A DNA stretch of 64,000 nucleotides, from positions 253,260-317,259 of the IMG/VR virus record IMGVR_UViG_3300032242_003291; one strand, given 5' to 3'. The notes under the pieces are model-generated. The model ran no database searches and had not been told where the DNA came from. It worked only from the letters and a program-made list of their open reading frames with translations. The position numbers were made by a program, and so were the translations under genes. Of this stretch, positions 47,747 through 56,765 are shown piece by piece. Position 1 is the stretch's first letter, and the number at the start of each line of letters is the position of its first letter.

Positions 47747-48595
47747 TTATTTTATAGCCATACCAATTCCACCTTTGGAATATATTTTATATCCATTATT
47801 CTCAAGATAAGAAACTAAAGTATTTTTTTCATCATTTTCCAAATTAAAATCTTCGTAGATAATGAAATTAGGTAATTCATCAATTTTAATCGACAATAGT
47901 AATTTAGCATCAAGTCCTTCAACGTCTAAATGTATCCAATCCAATTTTTTATTATACGCTGAAAAATGATTAAATATTAAGTCATTTATTGATATTGAAC
48001 TTCTTTTTGTAGAGTGTATTTCTTCTTTCTCCCAAAAATCAATAACCCTTTTTATCACGCTATTTGTATACCCTTTTCCTCCTTCGTAAAACTCGACATC
48101 AGAACCATCGGTTGTAATTAAATTATTTACAAGAGTTACCCCTTGTTTTCCTTCGTAGTTTTTTTTCAACTCAATGAATTGTTTTTCACTTCCTTCTACA
48201 AGAACCATATCTGACATAAAATTTCTAACTAGTGGTACCCATTCACCAAATTCACCGTCATGAGTTCCAATAACAAGACCTTTAGGTTTAATTCCTTTAT
48301 TAATTAGTGATTTACAATAAAGCCATAACGATTTGTAAAATATTGACCCGTGTTGAATTACATCCCACCTGTATTGATAAATAAAATTGCCTTGGGCATC
48401 TCTAACTACAACATCATTCATTTCAGTATTTGGAAATTTAGCCCACATTTCATTAGTTAAATTTGTTTCCCAAACAATTTTTTTTGATAAGGCATTTTTA
48501 ATTTGAAAATTAATCGGCAATTGTTCGGGTGTAAAAATACCCGTAAGGTTACCAGTTTCTATTTTAATATCATCGGAATAGATTATGTTAATCAT
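47747..48595 (-). CDS. FkbM-like methyltransferase
   Basis: VIGTHDG, LVEG and IHLDVEGLD. Confidence 0.75.
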   Translation of the reverse strand: MINIIYSDDIKIETGNLTGIFTPEQLPINFQIKNALSKKIVWETNLTNEMWAKFPNTEMNDVVVRDAQGNFIYQYRWDVIQHGSIFYKSLWLYCKSLINKGIKPKGLVIGTHDGEFGEWVPLVRNFMSDMVLVEGSEKQFIELKKNYEGKQGVTLVNNLITTDGSDVEFYEGGKGYTNSVIKRVIDFWEKEEIHSTKRSSISINDLIFNHFSAYNKKLDWIHLDVEGLDAKLLLSIKIDELPNFIIYEDFNLENDEKNTLVSYLENNGYKIYSKGGIGMAIK

Positions 48596-49137
48596 AAATG
48601 TTTGTCTATAAAGTTATCTATATTATCTGACCATAAGTCCATGGCCTCTGTTTTTATTCTATCTTCAGTCCAATCCCACCAAGAAATTTTTAATAAAGAT
48701 TCTATTTGTTTTTCACTGAATCGGTATTTTACTACTTTACTAGGATTTCCAACCACTATCGCATACGGTGGTACATCTTTAGCAATAGTCGCTGTTGAGC
48801 CAATTATTGCTCCGTGACCAATCTTAACTCCTGACATAATTGTAGACTTAGCGCCAATCCATACGTCGTTTCCAATTACAATATCCCCCTTACACGCAGG
48901 ATGACCCATACTCATATGCATGTCTGCAATCTCAGGTGTGACTGGTCCCCACAATTGTGAACTTGTTGTCACCCAATCAGGTCTATGATTTGCATGTAAA
49001 AAGAAATTGCAATCTCTTCCTATTGAAGTGTATTTTCCAACGTGGATATGGTATTGGTCACTCCAAGAAATTATGTTAACATTTCGGTCAAAATACGTTC
49101 CTCTATCCGCGTGCCAAAGATGAAGATTTTCTATCAT
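48592..49137 (-). CDS. CatB/Vat-like hexapeptide O-acetyltransferase
   Basis: IGNDVWIG, GVKIGHGAIIG, DVPPYAIVVGNP, WWDW. Confidence 0.9.
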   Translation of the reverse strand: MIENLHLWHADRGTYFDRNVNIISWSDQYHIHVGKYTSIGRDCNFFLHANHRPDWVTTSSQLWGPVTPEIADMHMSMGHPACKGDIVIGNDVWIGAKSTIMSGVKIGHGAIIGSTATIAKDVPPYAIVVGNPSKVVKYRFSEKQIESLLKISWWDWTEDRIKTEAMDLWSDNIDNFIDKHL

Positions 49138-52046
49138 TTTATTTGTAGTACGTTATTATAAAGTTTAGTTTTACTGTTTGTTCCAACTATTTCAATAATA
49201 TATGTCTTATCTGTTAAATGAATATTTGAAATGTAAAATAAAAAATATTGAAATAAATTTTGATTAGATAATGATTCGACAATTTCTCCATTAATTTGTT
49301 TTATTACAAAATCAACATTTTCGTTAATGCGTTTTGAGCCTAAAAAAGAATTTTTTTCAAAGAAAATTGTATCATTTTGATAATAAACCAAGACCTCTTC
49401 AGAATCTAAAACTGTGTTACCATAGTCTTTTTGTATACCTATAAATCTTTCTTTTGTTTTTAGTCCGTGAAATACTGCAATATCATTTTGATGGTTTGGT
49501 AATTTAACATAATTAGAAATTCCTGTCATATGGAACGGATGATTTACATCTGTAAACTTATCCATTTCAATATTATTTGTTTCTTCGATATCACATAAAT
49601 GTAAAGCTTTTTGAAGATTATGTTTTGATAAAACCACATTAGCAGAATCTTCGTCATGTAATGTAAAAATTCCAACTTCAGTTCCTTTATATTCTTGATA
49701 CATTTGAATTTGTTCTTCAAAAAACCATTTGGAGTTTGCATCAAACAACATTACATTAGTTTTTCTCCTTGGATATACACAAACATTAACTCCTGCTTTG
49801 TCTGCCAAAATACCAACAGTATCTGTCCATTTTTCGCCTTCCCTAATTCCACTTAGGTATAGTCTATCATGGATATGGGAATTAATCAACGGATAATTTT
49901 CTAATTGGTTGAAATAAGTTGATATGTCGTCAGCCGATACCGTTAGATAAATGTCACTATCAATAAAAATAAATTTTTTATCAGGATATTGATTGATAAC
50001 ATCAATCATTAATTTTGGTTTACTGCTGATTATATTTTCATCTCTACCCTTATCGTCTTTGTTACCTTTTTCAATATCAATTCTTCTTAAAATAAATTGC
50101 TCACTTGTTAAAAATTTAGATGGTATTTGATAATCAAAATTAATTGTATAAATGACACACTTTCTATTGGAATAATTATGTATTGATTCCATTAGATATT
50201 TTACTGTGGATGAATAATTTTCTGTAAATCCAAAAACCCAATAAAAATCATCTATGAATTTTTTATCATATTTGGCATAAATTTGATTTCCAACTTTATC
50301 AAATTTTGTATGTTCTTTTTTATAAAAATGATACAAAAATATTTCATCTTCGTTAATGAAGTTTTTACCTCCTCTCCAAACACAATCATATAAGTTTTTT
50401 CCAAATGAATTTGTGTTCATAGAATAAATCAACTTAACATCAAATTTATTCTTAGCCAATCTATCCATAACATCTTCTTCATAACATTTGACATCAGGAC
50501 TTTGAAAACATTCAATAAATTCATTTGTTTTATAAAATGTTCTTAACTCCTCAGTATTTTTTATTATTAAAAAAGGGCCCGATAACCTATCATGATATGT
50601 TTTTTCAGCGACAGAAATTATATCATGTTTTCCGAGTAAAGGGTAAACGTATTTAACAACATCACCAAATAAAGTATCAATATCATAACATCCAAAATAC
50701 TCATAATCCATTATATACTCCGAGAATATATCACCAAGAGATGCTTTCAAGTCACAAGTTTTCTTGTTATTTTTCAATTCAATTTTTGAACCAACTAAGT
50801 TTGATATTTTATCAACAATATTATTAAGGTCTGTTTTGATAACTCTATAATTTGGAGAATCTAGACTTATATCTTGGTCGGTTACAAATAAAAAATCAAC
50901 ATTTTTTAAATTTTTTGTTGTTTCATAATGAAACCAAAAATAATCGGGTATTTTACCAAGCCATAATTGTATCAAAACAATTTTTTTTCTGTAATCTTTT
51001 TGTAATATGATTTCTTTTGTTTCCCTATCACGAAAAACTATTTTTTTATCATCAAACCCTTTTTCGACAAATATCCAATAATTTAATTGAGGTTGTAAAT
51101 CAAGACTAAAAAAATCAATTAAATTATTTTCAAACCCTTCATATACTGAAATTTCAACTCTTTGCTCACTATATTTTTTATTTAAAAAATGAATCTTTTT
51201 TTTGTCGTCAGAAAAATAGGTTATTTCAATTTTTTTAGGATTATTTTTCATGTACCTATTTTTTATTTTATTTTCGATTGCTATCTTATATTCGTCAGCA
51301 TACTTATATTTTATTTTATCATTACTTTGAACTGAATTAACAGGTTTTTGCCATCTAGTTTTATCTGAATCTATTGATACCGCAAACTGTACTCTTTCAC
51401 ACTCTTCTATTAAATGATTGATACCATTGTGTTGGTAACATAATAAAAGAGCTCTCTCAATATTTAATGAATCTTGTTTTTCAAGAAATTTAAAATTATT
51501 TTCATCACATATATAATTACCTCCTCCTAATACTTTGTCTGAAAATTTACTGTCAAAAATATGATGTCTATCAGTGACACCGAAATATGATTCCGCTTCA
51601 GGAACGTATAACTTTCCCAAAGGTAATATAGGATGGTCTTTTACATAATAATAATCTGAACGAGATAATATTATCCTATCATATTCCAACAAGACATCTT
51701 TTTTATTTTTGAGGATATAATCTCTAAAAGCCAAAATTATAGCACCAGAACCGATGGCATTATCTATTCCACCCATAAAACCACTATGTTTATTAAGTTT
51801 GAAAATATAATCCCAGTTTCCTTCAAATGAATTTGAATAATAATCTCTCCAATTATCATATTCGGGCAACTCCCAAATATATTTTGCTCTTTTGTATAAT
51901 GAAGGAGTTTTATCATTTGTTTCTCCAAAACATAATGCTAAATCTGCATTATAAGGAGATAGAAGATGTTTATAAATTGTCTCCCAAGTTTCTTCACCAC
52001 CACGAGGATTACCCATTAATATGACTAAAGTTTTTTCCATTAACAA
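49134..52046 (-). CDS. multidomain glycosyltransferase-like protein (includes DUF6625-like and GT-A DxD domains)
   Basis: LSRSD..TDRH; WLGKIPDYF...KTCDLK...YDIDTLFG; SKP...FIDSD...DED. Confidence 0.7.
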   Translation of the reverse strand: MLMEKTLVILMGNPRGGEETWETIYKHLLSPYNADLALCFGETNDKTPSLYKRAKYIWELPEYDNWRDYYSNSFEGNWDYIFKLNKHSGFMGGIDNAIGSGAIILAFRDYILKNKKDVLLEYDRIILSRSDYYYVKDHPILPLGKLYVPEAESYFGVTDRHHIFDSKFSDKVLGGGNYICDENNFKFLEKQDSLNIERALLLCYQHNGINHLIEECERVQFAVSIDSDKTRWQKPVNSVQSNDKIKYKYADEYKIAIENKIKNRYMKNNPKKIEITYFSDDKKKIHFLNKKYSEQRVEISVYEGFENNLIDFFSLDLQPQLNYWIFVEKGFDDKKIVFRDRETKEIILQKDYRKKIVLIQLWLGKIPDYFWFHYETTKNLKNVDFLFVTDQDISLDSPNYRVIKTDLNNIVDKISNLVGSKIELKNNKKTCDLKASLGDIFSEYIMDYEYFGCYDIDTLFGDVVKYVYPLLGKHDIISVAEKTYHDRLSGPFLIIKNTEELRTFYKTNEFIECFQSPDVKCYEEDVMDRLAKNKFDVKLIYSMNTNSFGKNLYDCVWRGGKNFINEDEIFLYHFYKKEHTKFDKVGNQIYAKYDKKFIDDFYWVFGFTENYSSTVKYLMESIHNYSNRKCVIYTINFDYQIPSKFLTSEQFILRRIDIEKGNKDDKGRDENIISSKPKLMIDVINQYPDKKFIFIDSDIYLTVSADDISTYFNQLENYPLINSHIHDRLYLSGIREGEKWTDTVGILADKAGVNVCVYPRRKTNVMLFDANSKWFFEEQIQMYQEYKGTEVGIFTLHDEDSANVVLSKHNLQKALHLCDIEETNNIEMDKFTDVNHPFHMTGISNYVKLPNHQNDIAVFHGLKTKERFIGIQKDYGNTVLDSEEVLVYYQNDTIFFEKNSFLGSKRINENVDFVIKQINGEIVESLSNQNLFQYFLFYISNIHLTDKTYIIEIVGTNSKTKLYNNVLQIK

Positions 52047-52086
52047 ATTACCAATTGATTATTTAATTTAGTTTTTAAAACCACAC

Positions 52087-52665
52087 TTATTTTTTTTTGA
52101 ATTTTGCAGGGACTCCAACGTAAACCCCACTTGTTACTATGTTTTTAACCACAGTCGCATTAGCACCTATTATTACATTTGAACTAACGTGTATTTTTTC
52201 TTTAATTGATGAGTTATTACCCATATAAACATTTGAACTAATATTAACGTTTCCAGATACAATAGAACCTGGCATCGCACTAAAATAATCTCCAATCTTT
52301 GAATCATGACCTATTTGAACTCCTCTATTTAGTATTGCATGTGAACCTATTTTTATATTTGTTGTCAGTATTGAATAGGCCCCAATAAAACTACCTTCTC
52401 CTACTTCAATATAATCCAAAATTAATGCAGTTGGATGAACAAATGTAAAAAATTGGAGCCCTTTAGGTAATCGTTGAACCATTTCATACCTATCCTTGGA
52501 GTTTCCAATTGCAATCATTGCAACATGTTCGTTTGGGTCTAACATAGATAATGGTGATGTTTCGCTGTCAACATATTTGTCGTCAACAAATCGTTCTAAT
52601 TTAACCCCCATTTGTGCCATTACTTCTCTTGCATGACCACCATTTCCAATTAATACTTTTTTCAT
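52087..52665 (-). CDS. NeuD/PglD-like sugar N/O-acetyltransferase
   Basis: IGNGGHAREV, AIGNSKDR, VHPTA, GHDS, hexapeptide repeats, GVPAK. Confidence 0.9.
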   Translation of the reverse strand: MKKVLIGNGGHAREVMAQMGVKLERFVDDKYVDSETSPLSMLDPNEHVAMIAIGNSKDRYEMVQRLPKGLQFFTFVHPTALILDYIEVGEGSFIGAYSILTTNIKIGSHAILNRGVQIGHDSKIGDYFSAMPGSIVSGNVNISSNVYMGNNSSIKEKIHVSSNVIIGANATVVKNIVTSGVYVGVPAKFKKK

Positions 52666-53306
52666 TGTTTGTAAATTTCGTATTTTGATAAATCTGGATA
52701 TGGTAATTCCAAATCTAAATTATCTTTTTTACTTCCATCCAGATTATAAAATTGAGTCATCATCAACAATCCTCTTGCTGCAAGTTCAGGCATCATATAA
52801 AAATTCCAACCTAACATATCAAAATTATCGTCATGGTAAGAACATTCTCTTCTACCACTAAATCTGGCTCTCTTAAACCATAACATCGCCTGATAGTCAT
52901 CAGTAATTATTGCGCCTCCTTTACTCAATTTTAATGTCTTATAAGGTCCTGTAAATGATAGACACATATGTGTCCCTGAGACGTACATATCCGCAGTAAA
53001 CCTCAATGCTGAGTCAACAACATTACTTGGAAATAATCTGTAAGCCCCTTTAATTGTTTTTCCTTCAACAGGTGTGAAATTAACCTTCAATCCTGCATGA
53101 ATTATCTCACAAGGAACCGAAGGATATGTCTTCGAAGGACAGTCTACAGTGTCTCCTGTAAATGACTTCTTAACATGTTTTTCATAATATAACGCTAAGA
53201 ATAATGCGTTACTCATATTATCTAATGCAATAGCATGAGGAGCACCTGTGTAATCACACAATGTTTTCTCAAAATCTTCAGTAATTTTATGTACACCTTG
53301 TGCCAT
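52662..53306 (-). CDS. shortened DegT/DnrJ/EryC1-family sugar aminotransferase
   Basis: FEKTLCDYTGAPHAIAL, VDSA, SFTGPYKTL..KGGAIITDD, GWNFYM. Confidence 0.8.
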   Translation of the reverse strand: MAQGVHKITEDFEKTLCDYTGAPHAIALDNMSNALFLALYYEKHVKKSFTGDTVDCPSKTYPSVPCEIIHAGLKVNFTPVEGKTIKGAYRLFPSNVVDSALRFTADMYVSGTHMCLSFTGPYKTLKLSKGGAIITDDYQAMLWFKRARFSGRRECSYHDDNFDMLGWNFYMMPELAARGLLMMTQFYNLDGSKKDNLDLELPYPDLSKYEIYKQ

Positions 53307-53387
53307 TTAATTTAAGTTTTAGATTAAAAATATAATTGACATGTTTTATATTTTCAACTTTATATTTTGTGAAACAAATCACCTTTT

Positions 53388-54353
53388 TTATGACCGATAC
53401 ATAATCTCGACGTCATTTATCAAAGTTAAATTTTCCTCAATAGTGAAATCAATGTTAAAATATTTTATATCATTAATGAATGCCTTTGCGTTTTTTATAT
53501 CTGTAATTTCAACTTTTTTTGTATTCCAAGTTTTTGGTTGAATTTTTAAATTTGTAAAAAAATTGTCATTGATTATTAAATCAAGAGAAACTTCAATACT
53601 TGTTCCGTTATGAATAAAATAATTTAAATCATCACCACTTCTAAAAAAAGTAAAAGCAATTTTACTTAAAATATTTTCTGACATAATTTCACATTTTCCA
53701 AAATCTAAGAATTTCTCTAACTCTTGGTGATTCAATTTTAATACTTTTTGATTTTCAAATAACAACTCATAAACAGTTCTTTCACTTGAAAATAAATCAC
53801 TATCTAAATGAACTTTTTTATACAAGTCAAAGATTTTTTTATAGTTGTATTCAAATGTTTCAAAGTGAAATTTTTCCAAATTTATTGAAATTAAATTTCC
53901 AATAATATTACCTCTGTCGCTCTCATAGATAACAACATCGTTGTTTTCAAGTTTACTTTTGTTTATTTCAAGAATACTCAAATCTTTGATTAGTGCGTCA
54001 TATTCAAGAACATGAACTATTTTATATTCGGCATTTTTTAAAAAGGACAAAGGAAGTTGCCACAATCTAAGTATCGCAGGTACATGACTTGAAGGAAAGA
54101 AATAAGATTTATGCATAATATAAAAATCATCGTTGGCAAAGAATCTTTTTCCTTTCAATGAGTTGTCAGTAATAAATGGATTATTTTTATCATAAAAATA
54201 AAAATCAACATCTTCTACAATATCAAAAGGTAACACACAATGACTGGCAATACAAATTTTATACTTTGAATTAATTTGACGAATTAATTTTTTTAAAATA
54301 AGTTTTTTTTCGCTTGTGTTTGAAAAATCCGTTATAAGTACTATCTCACTCAT
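53388..54353 (-). CDS. glycosyltransferase-like hypothetical protein
   Basis: IASH, YDKNN, LEYDAL (DxD-like); lies in the glyco-locus. Confidence 0.55.
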   Translation of the reverse strand: MSEIVLITDFSNTSEKKLILKKLIRQINSKYKICIASHCVLPFDIVEDVDFYFYDKNNPFITDNSLKGKRFFANDDFYIMHKSYFFPSSHVPAILRLWQLPLSFLKNAEYKIVHVLEYDALIKDLSILEINKSKLENNDVVIYESDRGNIIGNLISINLEKFHFETFEYNYKKIFDLYKKVHLDSDLFSSERTVYELLFENQKVLKLNHQELEKFLDFGKCEIMSENILSKIAFTFFRSGDDLNYFIHNGTSIEVSLDLIINDNFFTNLKIQPKTWNTKKVEITDIKNAKAFINDIKYFNIDFTIEENLTLINDVEIMYRS

Positions 54354-54404
54354 TATTCAATAATTTATTTCCATTTGTAATTTTATTTCAAAAAATAAAA
54401 CCTT

Positions 54405-55169
54405 TTAAACCCAAAAATCGATATTTAGCCATTCGTCATTTACTGTATGACAATTTATTGATGGTTGTACTGTCCCTATTTTACAACTCTCACTATTAAT
54501 TAAATTAATTAAATCTTCGTCATTTTTATAGTTTAAAATACACGGATATTTATAAAAATTTTCATTTAGTATTGTTTTTCTACCCATTAATGCCATTTCT
54601 ATTGCTGTTGCCATTCCATTACCGTCAGACAAATTTAAGTTAAGAAAAGATTTATCGTAATAATTATTTTTCAAATAATTTATATCATAGTAATCATTAA
54701 TATTAAAATGATTCGTAGTTATTATTTCATAATTAATTTGTTTTTGTATTTGTTTTAATTTTTCAACGTTAAATTGATTACTCCATCCATTTTTAAAACC
54801 AGTATATGCATATATTTTATCCCCCAAAACATTAGGTTCAAACAATGAGTAATCTTTAACTTCTATCGTTACGTTTCTACAATTAACATTATCAGGTATT
54901 TTTGAAATTAATCTAACTTCTTCTAATATATTAATAATGAACAAATCATCTGTATTTGTGACTATATCAAAATTTGGTAGGTCATATGGGTTTGTAAGAA
55001 ATATAAATTTGTATGATTTATGATTTTGTATTTGATGAGATAATTCGTTTCCGCCAAAAAATATACATGGTTTGTTCACATCATAATATTCATCAAAATT
55101 ATATCTTTCAATAAAACCTTTTTTAAAAAAATTAACAGAAGGGGCAACAAGTGTTTGAGATATTCTCAT
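54405..55169 (-). CDS. glycosyltransferase-like hypothetical protein
   Basis: DGNGMATAIEMALMGRK resembles the GT-B E-x7-E region. Confidence 0.5.
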   Translation of the reverse strand: MRISQTLVAPSVNFFKKGFIERYNFDEYYDVNKPCIFFGGNELSHQIQNHKSYKFIFLTNPYDLPNFDIVTNTDDLFIINILEEVRLISKIPDNVNCRNVTIEVKDYSLFEPNVLGDKIYAYTGFKNGWSNQFNVEKLKQIQKQINYEIITTNHFNINDYYDINYLKNNYYDKSFLNLNLSDGNGMATAIEMALMGRKTILNENFYKYPCILNYKNDEDLINLINSESCKIGTVQPSINCHTVNDEWLNIDFWV

Positions 55170-55243
55170 TATATTATTATTTTTTTTATTTTTTATTTAT
55201 TTTTGAATTTGACAGCAACACCCACATTCAAATAACGCTAATT

Positions 55244-55870
55244 TCATTTTTTCTTATAATAAGAATATTCACCAAAATCGCCAACCAACTCACAATGTGG
55301 TGTTAAAAATTTATTAATAGAATTACGAACACTATCCCAACTGGAATCGTCCATAATAATATATCCTCCCTTCTTAACTAAAGGTAAATAAAGTAAAATG
55401 TCTCTTGATACATTCATCTCATTGTGATTTCCGTCAATATGTAATACATCTATCGATTCTTTTTCAAAATGAATGAATGAGTCCTCTGATGGTTCTCTAA
55501 TTATTGTAATTGTTTTCGATAAATCATTATTTTCAATAATTTCACAAACATTTTTGTAAATTGAATCAAAGGTTTCTTGTCCTTTTAATAATTCGTTATA
55601 AAAAAATTCTTCTTGATTTTTATCCCAAAAAGGGATTTCATTTTTTGACATTTCAAAAGACCATGGGTCAATACCAATAATTTTTCCTTCAATTTTTTCT
55701 AAAACCTCTGCAAAAGAAAATAAAGAACTACCTTTATACACTCCAATTTCAACACAAACTTTACTGTGAGTTGTTTTAATTAAATTATGTATAAGATTTC
55801 TTTTCTCATCAATACACCAACCTCCTTGGTCATAAACATCATTTTTAATTAATCCTCTTAAATTTCTCAT
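55244..55870 (-). CDS. class I SAM-dependent methyltransferase
   Basis: VEIGVYKGSS, GIDPW, LHIDGNH, GGYIIMDD. Confidence 0.9.
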   Translation of the reverse strand: MRNLRGLIKNDVYDQGGWCIDEKRNLIHNLIKTTHSKVCVEIGVYKGSSLFSFAEVLEKIEGKIIGIDPWSFEMSKNEIPFWDKNQEEFFYNELLKGQETFDSIYKNVCEIIENNDLSKTITIIREPSEDSFIHFEKESIDVLHIDGNHNEMNVSRDILLYLPLVKKGGYIIMDDSSWDSVRNSINKFLTPHCELVGDFGEYSYYKKK

Positions 55871-55871
55871 G

Positions 55872-56576
55872 TTATTTTTTTTGTATTATAATTTTTATAT
55901 TATCGTAACTATCGTAGTGTGTCCCAATTAGTTTCCAATCGGTGTTACCTTTCAAAACGTGTTGGTAAATATGAACCCCTTTACCGACCATTGGATAAGG
56001 AATAACCATATTATCTTCTTGACCATTAGCATGAAACCACTGAACATATGTACCTTGTTTATAATTGTCATCGATTACAATAATACTACCTTTTAACATT
56101 TTTGATTCGATTGCTTTAAACTCTTCCCAACCATGTAATGCACTTGGAAATGCATCAAATAAATTAAAATCCCAACTGTCTAAATGGACAAAATTAGGTA
56201 TTTCTTCAATATTTTTTAAAAACGAAACAGAATCACTTACGTGTATTGAATAATCCAAATTAGGAATAGCATCTTCAAATATTTTTACACTTTTTTCAAC
56301 AATGTTAGATGAGATGTCAACTGACGTCATTTTACCATTTGTGTTTTTTGCAACATACCCTAAAAAAAGACCAAATAACCCATCGTTATAGTTTGATGAT
56401 GCTCCAGTTTCTAAAACAATCAATTTATCAAAATTGAATTCATCATTAATTGAGTCAATAACTGTTTCACATTGTTGTCTCCTAATTCTGTGTGCATTTG
56501 AATTTTCATAATCAAAAATGACTGTCTTCATATGACTTAAGTATTCCTCATATCCCTCTAAAAAATTTTGTTTCAT
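55872..56576 (-). CDS. class I SAM-dependent methyltransferase
   Basis: VLETG, SVDIS, DSVSFL, HLDSWD, IVIDDN. Confidence 0.8.
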   Translation of the reverse strand: MKQNFLEGYEEYLSHMKTVIFDYENSNAHRIRRQQCETVIDSINDEFNFDKLIVLETGASSNYNDGLFGLFLGYVAKNTNGKMTSVDISSNIVEKSVKIFEDAIPNLDYSIHVSDSVSFLKNIEEIPNFVHLDSWDFNLFDAFPSALHGWEEFKAIESKMLKGSIIVIDDNYKQGTYVQWFHANGQEDNMVIPYPMVGKGVHIYQHVLKGNTDWKLIGTHYDSYDNIKIIIQKK

Positions 56577-56693
56577 TATTTATATATTTTGTATTTTGAT
56601 AAATCAGGATATGGTAATTCCAAATCTACATTATGTTTTTTACTTCCATTTAAATTATAAAATAAAGTCATCATAAGTAATCCCTTGTACCAT
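56576..56693 (-). pseudogene. internally deleted remnant of the DegT-like gene
   Basis: MVQG joined out of frame to GLLMMTLFYNLNGSKKHNVDLELPYPDLSKYKIYK*, matching both ends of 52662-53306. Confidence 0.85.
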
Positions 56694-56710
56694 TTAATTT
56701 AAGTTTTGGA

Positions 56711-56744
56711 TTGAAAATATAATTGATATGCATTATATTTTCAA
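56711..56744. promoter_or_regulatory. symmetric divergent promoter/operator
   Basis: TTGAAAATATAAT-N8-ATTATATTTTCAA perfect 13-bp inverted repeat between divergent genes. Confidence 0.6.
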
Positions 56745-56765
56745 CATTAAAAAGACATAATTGAA

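Noticed and set aside
48592-49137. Antibiotic-resistance gene (vat/catB)
   Set aside because: The fold is shared with sugar O-acetyltransferases and the context is a glycosylation locus.
53341-53541. 66-aa plus-strand ORF containing CETNHLFYD
   Set aside because: Only the short GT4 relic matches; the rest is antisense to a real gene.
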